A stretch of 64,000 nucleotides of DNA from Candidatus Altimarinota bacterium (GTDB taxonomy: Bacteria > Patescibacteriota > Gracilibacteria > UBA4473). Below are positions 49,087 through 58,620 of the stretch, piece after piece. The stretch lies in contig OZ246423.1 in NCBI GenBank assembly GCA_965231215.1, forward strand, positions 576,001 to 640,000, given 5' to 3'. The position numbers were made by a program, and so were the translations under genes. The notes under the pieces are model-generated. The model ran no database searches. It was not told the DNA's origin and saw only the letters and a program-made list of their open reading frames with translations. Numbering within the stretch: position 1 is the stretch's first letter; every line of letters starts with the position of its first letter.

Positions 49087-49862
49087 ATAGATATCACAAA
49101 GCCTTTGCTCAATTAAAATCGGAAAATCGTATTGCCTTTATTCCCTTCTGGATGATTGGCGATCCTACACCTGAAGATTCTTTGAAGGTTATTGAATCAC
49201 TGGCTGAGAACGCCGATATTTTAGAGCTAGGAATGCCCTTTTCTGACCCCTTAGCCGACGGACCAACTATCCAGGCAGCGGTAAACCGAAGTTTAGAATC
49301 TGGAACTACTACTCAAAAATGTTTCGATATTATTGGAAAAGTTCGCACAAAATTTCCTCAAAAACCAATCGGTTTACTCGTGTACCTCAACCTCATTATG
49401 CAGTATGGAATCAAAGAATTTTTTACAGCATGTAAAAGTGTGGGCGTTGACTCTGTCCTTATCCCAGAACTGCCTGTAGAAGAAGTTCAACTCGTTAAAT
49501 CTGTGGCCGAAAAAAATCAAATTGATTTAGTTTTTCTGCTTTCGACCAACACCCCAAAAGACCGGAGACAGAAAATTTACTCTCACTCTGGAGGTTTTAT
49601 CTATACCGTTTCTACCCCCTCTATTACTGGCGCCAAAAATGACTTGAACCCTGACACGCTCCACCTTGTTTCAGCTCTAAAAAAGGCCACCAAACTGCCC
49701 ATTTGTGTGGGATTTGGAGTATCGGAACCCGAGCATATTTCAGCCTTGAAAGAAGCCGGAGCCGATGGAGCCATTATCGGTTCTAAACTCATAAACGTTT
49801 ATCAAAAGGAAGGCCTTGAAGAACTTAAAAACTTTTCTCAGGCATGTCAGAAACGGACTTAA
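49083..49862 (+). CDS. trpA: Tryptophan synthase alpha chain
   Basis: LELGMPFSDPLADGPTIQ, VGFGVS, ADGAIIGS. Confidence 0.97.
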   Translation: MNRYHKAFAQLKSENRIAFIPFWMIGDPTPEDSLKVIESLAENADILELGMPFSDPLADGPTIQAAVNRSLESGTTTQKCFDIIGKVRTKFPQKPIGLLVYLNLIMQYGIKEFFTACKSVGVDSVLIPELPVEEVQLVKSVAEKNQIDLVFLLSTNTPKDRRQKIYSHSGGFIYTVSTPSITGAKNDLNPDTLHLVSALKKATKLPICVGFGVSEPEHISALKEAGADGAIIGSKLINVYQKEGLEELKNFSQACQKRT

Positions 49863-49863
49863 A

Positions 49864-50826
49864 TTATTGCGTAGCTATTGCTTCAGCCTCTCTATTTGGA
49901 TCGGCTCGATAGTGAGAAATGATAGTATTTTCAATAAAATCTTCCCCTTTTTGAACGGTCTGTACCCAGTGCGTGCTTAGTCTTCCGTCTGGAGCTTCCC
50001 AGTATTTAGTCCTTCGAATCCCCACCTGTCTTTCGTCTCGTGTTCCGTAAAAAACCGTAACTAATTTGTTCCCTTTGATGACAAACTTCATCAAAATATC
50101 TCCAGGAGTATCGTTCACGAATTTAAAATCCTGAGCGCCTAAATAAATAGTCGCATCCAAGCCCTGAGGCATATATTTAGAAACTGGGTAAGAATGATTT
50201 CTTCGTTCACTAACCAAAACTCCAGCATTGAGAGCCGCTCTATAAATCGTACTAGAAACCTGACACACCCCACCGCCAATTTCCCATTTATCTGAGCCAT
50301 CCTTAATAACTCGCTCCCACGTAAACCCAGATGCCTCAGAAACTTCTTCTAAAATTTTGTTAAAAGAAAACGCTTCTCCTTGAGCCACAATCTGTCCATC
50401 AAATTTTTCAAGCGTCGCTTCAATGTTCTGAATTCTTCTAGGAGTAGAACCACTAAAATCACTAACCCCTACTGCGATAATTTCTTTGATCCCTCTGTTA
50501 ATGAGAAAGGGTTCTGTTATTTTTTGATCCAAAAGATACTGTCTTTGAGGATCAAAATGCCCCCTCAAAATGTAGTTTTCTGGGTTTACTGCTTTATTGA
50601 TAACTGACGCCCAGATGGCTAAATCTTGGTAACGAGAAAAAAGTTTATCTTCAACAATTGGAGAATCCGCTTGGGTTCGGTTTTCTGCTCGATAACGTTC
50701 TTGAAGCTCCATCCTAAGCCTTTGGCTCGTGGTAACTTTTTCAAAACCAGCCGCTTCTGCGATACTCACATGCATTCCCATTCCCAAAAGCGAAGCCAGA
50801 AGTAGAGTATTCATAAATCTGATCAT
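49864..50826 (-). CDS. VanW-family secreted protein (paralog)
   Basis: GGGVCQVSSTIYRAALNAG, ERRNHS, GLDATIY; signal peptide. Confidence 0.9.
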   Translation of the reverse strand: MIRFMNTLLLASLLGMGMHVSIAEAAGFEKVTTSQRLRMELQERYRAENRTQADSPIVEDKLFSRYQDLAIWASVINKAVNPENYILRGHFDPQRQYLLDQKITEPFLINRGIKEIIAVGVSDFSGSTPRRIQNIEATLEKFDGQIVAQGEAFSFNKILEEVSEASGFTWERVIKDGSDKWEIGGGVCQVSSTIYRAALNAGVLVSERRNHSYPVSKYMPQGLDATIYLGAQDFKFVNDTPGDILMKFVIKGNKLVTVFYGTRDERQVGIRRTKYWEAPDGRLSTHWVQTVQKGEDFIENTIISHYRADPNREAEAIATQ

Positions 50827-50881
50827 TGTACCAAAAAAAAGCGCTTTAGTAAAGACTCAAAACCTATTAAACTACCGTTTG

Positions 50882-51562
50882 ATGGCTCATCTGTTTTTTG
50901 ATTTTGATTCAACTGTCTGCACCAAAGAATCTTTGGACGAGGTTATTGCATTAGCGCTCAAAAATCATCCCCAAAAAGACACTTTAGTAGCGGAAATTGA
51001 ACACATTACGACCCTCGGGATGGAAGGCGTTATAGACTTCAAAGCCTCACTGATACAAAGATTAAGTGTTACCACTATTGATAAAACCTTATTTGATCAA
51101 GTTGGAGACATGCTCACCCAACACATTACTCCTGGAATACCAGAAATTTTTGAATGGCTCCAAAGTCACTCCCACCAAACTTATATCGTCAGCGGCGGAT
51201 TTATCCCTTGTATTTTACCTACCGCTAAAATTTTGAAGGTTCCTTCTAGGAATTGTTTTGCTAATGAATGTGAATTAAACGACAAAGGGGAAGTTATCGG
51301 CGCCAACCAAAAAAATCTGCTCTGGACCGACCAGGGTAAAGTTCCCGTTATCAAATTCCTCAAAAAAGATCGAAACATTTCTGAGACAACCGTTATGGTA
51401 GGAGACGGGAGTAATGATCTACGGGCTTACGAAGAGGATTGTGTAGATATTTTTTGTGGCTTTGGGGTAAATGTGGTTCGAAAAAAGGTACAAAAAAAAG
51501 CGCCAAATTTTTTCACAAAATCCGAAGAATTACTTCATTTTTTAAAAACAACTCTCCAATGA
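50882..51562 (+). CDS. serB: Phosphoserine phosphatase (HAD-IB)
   Basis: FDFDST (DxDST), IVSGGF, MVGDGSND; adjacent to serA and serC. Confidence 0.88.
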   Translation: MAHLFFDFDSTVCTKESLDEVIALALKNHPQKDTLVAEIEHITTLGMEGVIDFKASLIQRLSVTTIDKTLFDQVGDMLTQHITPGIPEIFEWLQSHSHQTYIVSGGFIPCILPTAKILKVPSRNCFANECELNDKGEVIGANQKNLLWTDQGKVPVIKFLKKDRNISETTVMVGDGSNDLRAYEEDCVDIFCGFGVNVVRKKVQKKAPNFFTKSEELLHFLKTTLQ

Positions 51563-52056
51563 ATCACCAACGAGCTAAGAAGGTGTTTACTGAAATTCAA
51601 GCCCTTCCATACGGACTGTCTTTGGCTCCTGATGAAGAATCTAATAATTGTTTCTTCAAAGGCACAAAGCTCATAAAAGAGTTGGCAATACTCGGGTATG
51701 CCGTTCGTGGGCGGGTCGGGGAAACCTATTGGGATTCAAATATTATAGATGAGGAAATTATCTCACTGCTCCCTGAAGATATTTTAGTCACACACTTTTT
51801 CCCAGAAGTAATGGTTGATGGAGTGTGGCGAATTGTTGATCCAACATTCCAACCCTCACTTGAAAAGTATGGGTTTCAAATTGGTTCGTGGGAAGGAACA
51901 AAAAATACCTGCTTCCCCATTACAAAACTCTATAGCCAAGAGGCCTCTATCACGTACCAAGAACGGTGGTTTAATCCAGCATATCAGCAAGATTTTTTTG
52001 AAAGAGGAAAGCCCTGTTGGAGGGCCTTAAACAAATGGTTTTCAGAAAGAGCATAG
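51559..52056 (+). CDS. Transglutaminase-like hypothetical protein
   Basis: LPY...NNC..K, THFFPEV...WRIVDPT (Cys-His-Asp order). Confidence 0.6.
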   Translation: MNHQRAKKVFTEIQALPYGLSLAPDEESNNCFFKGTKLIKELAILGYAVRGRVGETYWDSNIIDEEIISLLPEDILVTHFFPEVMVDGVWRIVDPTFQPSLEKYGFQIGSWEGTKNTCFPITKLYSQEASITYQERWFNPAYQQDFFERGKPCWRALNKWFSERA

Positions 52057-52061
52057 AAAAT

Positions 52062-52089
52062 TTGAACCAAAAATTTTTTGAGTTAGTAT
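52062..52089 (+). promoter_or_regulatory. Promoter of the serA leader
   Basis: TTGAAC-16 nt-TAGTAT, 10 nt before the leader ATG at 52100. Confidence 0.6.
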
Positions 52090-52099
52090 TAAAATGCAA

Positions 52100-52138
52100 A
52101 TGAGTCGCCCAAGCGGAAAAGGTCGAAAAGAAATCTAA
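52100..52138 (+). CDS. Putative leader peptide MSRPSGKGRKEI upstream of serA
   Basis: ATG AGT CGC CCA AGC GGA AAA GGT CGA AAA GAA ATC TAA; same C-terminus as the glyA leader; in-frame upstream ATG at 52094. Confidence 0.75.
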   Translation: MSRPSGKGRKEI

Positions 52139-52163
52139 ACGAAGCTTCGTTCCATCCCTTTGC

Positions 52164-52205
52164 GTGTCCCCCAAAAAACTTTGCGGGATATTTTTATTTC
52201 TTTTT
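52164..52205 (+). terminator. Leader terminator (attenuator) upstream of serA
   Basis: TGTCCC-C-CAAA aaac TTTG-C-GGGATA followed by TTTTTATTTCTTTTT. Confidence 0.6.
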
Positions 52206-52219
52206 AACTTTTTTAAATA

Positions 52220-53449
52220 ATGAAACCATCACTCCCAAAACCTGATATTCGTATTTTGCTTCTTGAAGGGGTTCATCCTAAGGCTTTGGAATATTTTAAA
52301 AATGCTGGATATGAGAATATTGAATATTTAAAAACCGCCCTTGCTGAAGACGAGCTCATAGAGCAAATTAAAGACGTACACTTTTTAGGGATTAGATCTC
52401 GAACCCAGCTCACTAAAAACGTATTTGAGGCAGCAAATAAACTAGTCGCTGTGGGCTGTTTTTGCATCGGAACTAATCAAGTAGACCTGAAAGCCGCAAA
52501 AATGAAAGGCATCCCTGTTTTTAACGCGCCTTTTGCCAATACTCGAAGTGTCGCCGAACTAACTATCAGTTCCGCTATTCAGCTTATGCGAGGGCTCCCA
52601 GCCAAAAATGCCGCAGCTCACCGAGGAGAATGGCTCAAATCAGCTGATAATTCGTATGAAGTTAGAGGAAAAAAACTCGGCATCATTGGCTACGGAAACA
52701 TTGGATCGCAACTCAGTGTACTGGCCTCAGGTATGGGAATGCACGTCCACTACTACGATACAGAAAGCAAGCTTTCGCACGGAAATGCCAAATGCGTAGA
52801 AAGCCTAGAAGCGCTTTTAGCTCTGTCAGATGTGGTCACTCTGCATGTGCCAGAAACCCCTGAAACCAAAAATATGATGAACGCCAAAACCCTGGGCCAA
52901 ATGAAACCTGGAAGTCATTTGATTAACTATGCCCGAGGCTCTGTTATAGACATTGAAGCGTTAAAAGACGCGCTTGAATCTGGGCACCTCCACGGAGCCG
53001 CCCTAGATGTGTTCCCCAAAGAACCAAAATCTAAAGCTGAAGAATTTCAGTCTCCACTGCGAGGTATCGACAATGTGCTCATTTCTCCACACGTAGGAGG
53101 AAGCACCCAAGAGGCCCAAGAAAACATTGGAGTCGAAGTCGTTGAAAAGCTGGTAAAATACTCAGATAATGGGTCTACTGCATGGTCGGTAAACTTCCCA
53201 GAAGCCGTGCTCCCCAAACACACCGACAGCCACAGAATTCTAAATATTCACCAAAACATTCCGGGAATTCTGAGTCAGATAAATCAAATTTTTGCAGATA
53301 ACCAGGCCAATATTGTGGGGCAATTTTTACAAACCGATCCAGATATTGGATATGTAGTGATTGATATAGATACCAAAAACAATCCACAGATCTTTAAAGA
53401 AAAACTCAAATCCATTCAGGGCTCTCTTCGTACCCGTGTCCTTCACTAA
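52220..53449 (+). CDS. serA: D-3-phosphoglycerate dehydrogenase
   Basis: GIRSRT, GCFCIGTNQVD, GIIGYGNIG, PHVGGSTQEAQ, C-terminal ACT. Confidence 0.97.
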   Translation: MKPSLPKPDIRILLLEGVHPKALEYFKNAGYENIEYLKTALAEDELIEQIKDVHFLGIRSRTQLTKNVFEAANKLVAVGCFCIGTNQVDLKAAKMKGIPVFNAPFANTRSVAELTISSAIQLMRGLPAKNAAAHRGEWLKSADNSYEVRGKKLGIIGYGNIGSQLSVLASGMGMHVHYYDTESKLSHGNAKCVESLEALLALSDVVTLHVPETPETKNMMNAKTLGQMKPGSHLINYARGSVIDIEALKDALESGHLHGAALDVFPKEPKSKAEEFQSPLRGIDNVLISPHVGGSTQEAQENIGVEVVEKLVKYSDNGSTAWSVNFPEAVLPKHTDSHRILNIHQNIPGILSQINQIFADNQANIVGQFLQTDPDIGYVVIDIDTKNNPQIFKEKLKSIQGSLRTRVLH

Positions 53450-53450
53450 A

Positions 53451-54530
53451 ATGTTTAATATTACTTTCAATCCCGGACCATCACAGATCTCCCCTGAAAC
53501 TAAAGATGATATGCGTCGAGCCATGGATGAGCGAATACTAGAAATCTCGCACCGAAGTGCTCAATTTTCTGACATTTCCAGAAATACCATTTCCCAATTA
53601 AGGAAATATCTGGGGATCCCTAAAGACTATAAAGTGTTTTATATGAGCTCGGCTACTGCCTGCTGGCATTCTATTTTGGCCAACGGTGTAGCACAAAAAT
53701 CCTTCCATTTTATAAACGGATCCTTTTCTGAAAAATTCGCCAAAGCGTCTCAAGCTTTGGGCAAAAAATTTGATGAAAATCGGGTTGAACTCGGTCAGCA
53801 AAATTCTGTTAAAAGTGTAGCAATAGAGGGGGACTGTGAATTGATTTCTCTCTGCTACAACGAAACCAGCACCGGCGTAATGATAGAAAACCAAGACCTA
53901 AAATATCTACGTGAAACCTATCGAAAAAAGTTACTCGCAGTAGATATTACCAGTTGTGCTGGCGCCATAAACGCTCCAATCGAAAAAGCCGATGTGTGGT
54001 ATTTTTCAGTCCAAAAGTGTTTTGGCCTCCCTCCAGGGCTTGGGATTTTGATCATCAGCCCTGAAGCCTTTGAGCGTTCAAAAGTATTGGCTAATGAAGG
54101 CAAAAATATGGCAGGAATTTGGCAGTGGAGCTTCCTTGAAAAAACCATGATAAGCAAAGACCACCAAACCCCGCAAACTCCGAATATACTAAATATTTTC
54201 CTCCTGGGAGAACAGTGTAAAAGATGGAATGCAGAAGGCGGCTTGAAGGCAAAAGAGAAGCTCACTCAAGACAAAGCTCAAATGATTAAACAGTGGGTAC
54301 AAAGCCATCCTCAACTTGAATTTTTTGTGTCGAATGAACGCTACAGATCTACCACCGCTTTAACGATTAAATCCACTCCAGAATTTATAGAAAAGATTCA
54401 TAAAACCTGCAGCGAAAATAAGATTGTGATGGGCAAAGGTTACGGGGATACTAAATCTTACGTGTTTCGGATTGCTAACTTTCCAAGTGTGACTAAAGCC
54501 AATTTAGAAACTTTATTTGATCTTATTTAG
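53451..54530 (+). CDS. serC: Phosphoserine aminotransferase (class V PLP)
   Basis: FNPGPSQ, ISHRS, NETSTGV, YFSVQKCFGLPPGLG; follows serA. Confidence 0.85.
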   Translation: MFNITFNPGPSQISPETKDDMRRAMDERILEISHRSAQFSDISRNTISQLRKYLGIPKDYKVFYMSSATACWHSILANGVAQKSFHFINGSFSEKFAKASQALGKKFDENRVELGQQNSVKSVAIEGDCELISLCYNETSTGVMIENQDLKYLRETYRKKLLAVDITSCAGAINAPIEKADVWYFSVQKCFGLPPGLGILIISPEAFERSKVLANEGKNMAGIWQWSFLEKTMISKDHQTPQTPNILNIFLLGEQCKRWNAEGGLKAKEKLTQDKAQMIKQWVQSHPQLEFFVSNERYRSTTALTIKSTPEFIEKIHKTCSENKIVMGKGYGDTKSYVFRIANFPSVTKANLETLFDLI

Positions 54531-55083
54531 CCCGTTCAACGTATTCACCACTCAAGGTATTCACCACGATTTTGTCTCCTTTTTCAATAAAGGGCGGCAC
54601 TCTAAGGGTGTAGCCTGTATCAATCGTAGCGTCTTTGGTCACGTTTCCAGCCGTATTCCCCTTTACGCCAGGTTCAGTTTCAATAATTTCAAAGGTCATT
54701 TTTGGCTGAACGCTTACATTGATAGGTTTTCCATCAAAGTACTGAATATCAGCGTCCATACCGTCAGATAAAAAGTTAGCGGTATCTCCTAATTGATCTT
54801 TGGTAAAGGTCATTTGCTCATAACTTTCTTGATCCATAAATTCATACGCCTCTCCATTGGCATACAAATATTGAGCTCTTTTATAGTTGATTTCAGCGGC
54901 TTCTACTTTTTCTGAACCAGAAAAAGTTCGCTCCATCGTAGAACCGGTCAAAAGGTTTTTCAGTTTAGTTTTCATGTTTCCTCCCTGACGAGCGGTTTTA
55001 CTAAACTGGTTCCAGGTAACCACGTACGGTTCCCCGTTCAATTGAATATATTGTCCGACTTTTAGATCTGTAATTCCAAGCAT
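54523..55083 (-). CDS. efp: Elongation factor P (Arg32 loop)
   Basis: KLKNLLTG, QYLY, FMDQESYEQ, TEPGVKGNTA, VPPFI, GEYVER. Confidence 0.95.
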   Translation of the reverse strand: MLGITDLKVGQYIQLNGEPYVVTWNQFSKTARQGGNMKTKLKNLLTGSTMERTFSGSEKVEAAEINYKRAQYLYANGEAYEFMDQESYEQMTFTKDQLGDTANFLSDGMDADIQYFDGKPINVSVQPKMTFEIIETEPGVKGNTAGNVTKDATIDTGYTLRVPPFIEKGDKIVVNTLSGEYVERAK

Positions 55084-55316
55084 GTAAAAAAATTAAAAAT
55101 AAAGGCAACACTCATAAGAAACTAAACCGCTGCAAATTTACATAATTTTAGAACAAAATCAAAATTCTCTAAAACAAGTTTGACCGATTCTTAAAGCCCT
55201 TTTATAAATTTTATATTTTGATTAAAGCTTAACGAGTTTTGAGTTTTAATCTTTTGTAAGAAATTCCGGCCAATTTGACTGGAAACACAAACAAAACTTT
55301 TTATTCTATACGCTGC

Positions 55317-55796
55317 ATGAACCCCCCTAAAAAAAATTCTACTCCTTCACCTCTTGAAATTCGAATCAAAACACTGGAATCAGAAATAGAGGCACTTCAA
55401 ACCTCTCTTGATCAGGCCAAAGAGGCTCAAGTGAGAGCCCTAGCAGATCTAGAAAATGTTCGTAGACGAGAAACCGCCGCCAAGGCTAATTGGACAAAAG
55501 AAGCCGTGAAACATTTTTTACAAAAAGTGATCCCCAGCTTCTTAGAACTTTCACTTGGAGCCGAACACTCTGAGGACGAAGCCATGAAAAAAGTAGTTGA
55601 AAAGTTCTTTACCGAACTACAATCTCAGGGGGTTGAATCCATTGCTCCAAACCCAGGAGACCCAATTGACCCAGAGCTTCATGAGGTGCTCATGATGGCC
55701 GAAGGCAAAAGTGGATGCGTGGTACAATGCTTAGAAGTGGGATGGCAATACCAAAGCCAAACGATTATCCCGGCCAAAGTTTCGGGCGCTCAGTAG
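55317..55796 (+). CDS. grpE: Nucleotide exchange factor GrpE
   Basis: RALADLENVRRR, DPELHEVL, GW.....I.PAKV. Confidence 0.9.
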   Translation: MNPPKKNSTPSPLEIRIKTLESEIEALQTSLDQAKEAQVRALADLENVRRRETAAKANWTKEAVKHFLQKVIPSFLELSLGAEHSEDEAMKKVVEKFFTELQSQGVESIAPNPGDPIDPELHEVLMMAEGKSGCVVQCLEVGWQYQSQTIIPAKVSGAQ

Positions 55797-55883
55797 TGAG
55801 GCCCTCTCGATAAACATTCCCAATCACAAGTGGAATGCCTCCTGGCCATAGGCCAGGAACCCAATCCTTAATAACCTATTACT

Positions 55884-55976
55884 ATGAAAATCAAAAAAGA
55901 AACCTGGTTCAAAATATTAGCCAGTGTAATACTATGTATCTTTATTGCTGGAACGGCCTTGATGTTTATGGTCTAG
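55884..55976 (+). CDS. 30-aa single-TM small protein
   Basis: MKIKKETWFKILASVILCIFIAGTALMFMV: basic N-terminus followed by a hydrophobic helix. Confidence 0.55.
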   Translation: MKIKKETWFKILASVILCIFIAGTALMFMV

Positions 55977-56012
55977 GCTTGTAATAACCCAAATTTTTAC
56001 TATACAAAGACC

Positions 56013-57092
56013 ATGTCTAAAGAACGCGTGGTCATTGGTTTGTCTGGCGGAGTTGATTCTTCAGTTTCGGCCAAACTTTTGGTAGATCAAGGCTATGAGG
56101 TCATTGGTGTTTTTATGAAAAACTGGGATGACAAAGATGAAGCCCACTGCCCAGCGGCCATAGACGCTGTTGATGCCCGACAGGTAGCCGAAAGTTTGGG
56201 GATTCGGTTTTATAGTTTTAACTTTGCTAAAGAATACTGGCGAGACGTATTTGATTATTTTTTGGAACAACACAAAAAATTTAGAACCCCTAATCCCGAT
56301 ATTCTGTGTAATAAGTATATTAAATTTAAAGTGTTTCTAGACGCGGCACAGAGTCTTGGCGCAGACAAAATAGCTACCGGGCACTATGCTAAAAATGTTT
56401 ATAACCAATCAACCAAACAATACGAACTCCAAGTCCCAAAAGACGGAAACAAAGATCAAACCTACTTCCTCTACACCCTCCAACAAGACTCGTTAGCCAA
56501 AACCCTTTTCCCACTGCAAGATTTAGACAAATCTGAAGTTCGGGCTCTCGCCAAAAAGTTTGGGTTTCACAACGCTGAAAAAAAGGATTCAACTGGGATT
56601 TGTTTTGTCGGGGAGCGAGACTACATGGAATTTCTCAAAAAATATCTTCACCAAAAACCGGGTAACATTGTGACCGAAAGCGGCCAAGTCTTGGGGCAGC
56701 ATATTGGACTGAGTTTCTATACCATAGGACAAAGAAAAAACCTCAATATTGGAGGCGTAAAAGGCGCTAAAGAAGCCCCTTGGTTTGTGCTATCGAAAGA
56801 CCTTAAAAAAAATGAAATTGTCGTGTGCCAAGATGACGATAACCCAAAACTTTTTGCATCAGAATTGATAGCTGAAAAACTCGACTGGGTTACCGGCACA
56901 CCACCTACAGAAAAAAAACTAACCGCCAAAATCCGATACCGACAAGACTTCCAAGACTGTAAAATGGAAGTAAAAAACGGCAAGGCCAAAGTGGCCTTTG
57001 ATAAACCACAAAGAGCCATTACTCCAGGACAGTCCATTGTATTCTATGACAAGGATAAGAAAGTTTGTTTAGGGGGAGGGGAAATTTGTTAA
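56013..57092 (+). CDS. mnmA: tRNA 2-thiouridine(34) synthase
   Basis: SGGVDSS, TPNPDILCN, ATGHY, KDQTYFL, KKDSTGICF. Confidence 0.98.
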   Translation: MSKERVVIGLSGGVDSSVSAKLLVDQGYEVIGVFMKNWDDKDEAHCPAAIDAVDARQVAESLGIRFYSFNFAKEYWRDVFDYFLEQHKKFRTPNPDILCNKYIKFKVFLDAAQSLGADKIATGHYAKNVYNQSTKQYELQVPKDGNKDQTYFLYTLQQDSLAKTLFPLQDLDKSEVRALAKKFGFHNAEKKDSTGICFVGERDYMEFLKKYLHQKPGNIVTESGQVLGQHIGLSFYTIGQRKNLNIGGVKGAKEAPWFVLSKDLKKNEIVVCQDDDNPKLFASELIAEKLDWVTGTPPTEKKLTAKIRYRQDFQDCKMEVKNGKAKVAFDKPQRAITPGQSIVFYDKDKKVCLGGGEIC

Positions 57093-57155
57093 CCAGGCTG
57101 AAGCTCTTCTGATTTCAAGTAAGGAAAAGCCATTTTCACTTATAATGATTATACA

Positions 57156-57180
57156 AAAAAGCCCTACTTCCGTAGGGCTC
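57156..57180 (-). terminator. Intrinsic terminator after glyA
   Basis: AGCCCTAC-ttcc-GTAGGGCT with an A tract on the + strand. Confidence 0.75.
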
Positions 57181-57200
57181 TAGTTGAATTTAAATTTTTC

Positions 57201-58478
57201 CTAAACAAAACTATCTGGAATTGGGAAGTCATGAGCTATTTGCCGAACTTCTTCCCGTATTTTTTCTTTTACGCCTGAATCATCTTTATTCCGCATAGCT
57301 TCAATCATAAGCTCAGCCACTCGTGCAGATTCTGCCTCTTTCAACCCACGAGTGGTAATAGCCGGCGTTCCAAATCGGATACCTGATGGATCAAACATAC
57401 TCCGCGGTTCATCAGCAATAGCGTTTTTATTCAGCGTAATGCCTACCTCGTCCAGTACGTCTTCCGCTTCTTGACCACTCACTCCAAGTGAACCAAAGAC
57501 ATCAGCCAAAAGTAAGTGGTTATCCGTTCCGCCTCCCATAAGCCTTACGCCTGCGTCTAGGAAAACCTTTTCCATAGCTTTGGCGTTTTTGAGGATCTGT
57601 TGACAGTGCTCTTTGAATTCTGGTTTGAGGGCTTCTCCAAAGGCAATCGCTCTTCCGGCAATAATATGCATATGTGGCCCTCCTTGCATTCCTGGGAAAA
57701 CCGATTTATCAATTTTTTTCGCAATTTCTGGATCTTCACGAGTCAGGATCATTCCTCCTCTCGGCCCTCGAAGCGTTTTGTGTGTCGTAGTCAGAATTAC
57801 ATCAAACCCATCATCAAATGGATTTCGCACGGCTCCTCCTGCAATAAGACCGGCAATATGTGCCATATCGGCTACAGCCAAAGCGCCAACTTCTCGAGCA
57901 ATCTCGACAAATTTAGCATAATCAAGTTCCCGAGAGTAGGCAGAAAATCCGGCCAAAATCATTTTGGGTTTTTCTTTCAATGCGACTTCTCGCATTGCTT
58001 CATAATCAATTTCTCCCGTGTCTGGATCTTTCATTTTGTACCGCACAAAGTTAAAAACTTTGGTAATATGTGTCACTGGGTGACCGTGCGTTAGGTGTCC
58101 TCCATGAGAAAGATCCATCCCCAGAATCGTATCCCCAGGTTCAAGTAGGGCAAAATAAGTAGCCAGGTTGGCCGGCGCTCCGGAATGAGGCTGCACGTTG
58201 GCAAACTTACAGTTAAAAAGTTTGCACGCTCGCTCAATACAGAGTTCTTCAAGTGGATCTGTAAAGTGTTGGCCTCCGTAGTAACGTTTACGAGGATAGC
58301 CTTCTGAATATTTATTGGTAAAGCAGCTTCCCATGGCCTCATGACAGGCTTTAGAAACATAATTTTCTGAGGGGATGAGCTCTAGACCGTTGGCTTCTCG
58401 ATCTTCTTCTCCACGAATAAGTTTGGCGATTGCTGCGTCTTGAGCTTCAATGTGTGGAATCGGTTGTGCAGTAGACAT
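57201..58478 (-). CDS. glyA: Serine hydroxymethyltransferase
   Basis: LELIPSENY, NKYSEGYP, HGGHLTHG, TTTHKTLRGPRGG, GTPAITTRG. Confidence 0.98.
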   Translation of the reverse strand: MSTAQPIPHIEAQDAAIAKLIRGEEDREANGLELIPSENYVSKACHEAMGSCFTNKYSEGYPRKRYYGGQHFTDPLEELCIERACKLFNCKFANVQPHSGAPANLATYFALLEPGDTILGMDLSHGGHLTHGHPVTHITKVFNFVRYKMKDPDTGEIDYEAMREVALKEKPKMILAGFSAYSRELDYAKFVEIAREVGALAVADMAHIAGLIAGGAVRNPFDDGFDVILTTTHKTLRGPRGGMILTREDPEIAKKIDKSVFPGMQGGPHMHIIAGRAIAFGEALKPEFKEHCQQILKNAKAMEKVFLDAGVRLMGGGTDNHLLLADVFGSLGVSGQEAEDVLDEVGITLNKNAIADEPRSMFDPSGIRFGTPAITTRGLKEAESARVAELMIEAMRNKDDSGVKEKIREEVRQIAHDFPIPDSFV

Positions 58479-58493
58479 AAGTTTTTGAAGTTT

Positions 58494-58527
58494 AAAAAAA
58501 TAAAAAATCGTCAGAACCTCCGACGAT
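58494..58527 (-). terminator. Leader terminator (attenuator) upstream of glyA
   Basis: ATCGTCGGA-ggt-TCTGACGAT followed by a long T tract. Confidence 0.75.
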
Positions 58528-58551
58528 AAAATTAAAGAGCAACTCCAAAAA

Positions 58552-58620
58552 CTAAACCTCTTTTCGACCTTTTCCAGAAGGTCTATTCGAGGTTAGATTT
58601 TTGGATGTTTTGTGGGTCAT
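58552..58620 (-). CDS. Putative leader peptide MTHKTSKNLTSNRPSGKGRKEV upstream of glyA
   Basis: 22-codon ORF ending AGA CCT TCT GGA AAA GGT CGA AAA GAG GTT TAG. Confidence 0.75.
   Translation of the reverse strand: MTHKTSKNLTSNRPSGKGRKEV

Noticed and set aside
55222-55249. CIRCE-like inverted repeat upstream of grpE (TTAAAGCTT...GAGTTTTAA)
   Set aside because: Too many mismatches to TTAGCACTC-N9-GAGTGCTAA and wrong spacing, in an AT-rich region
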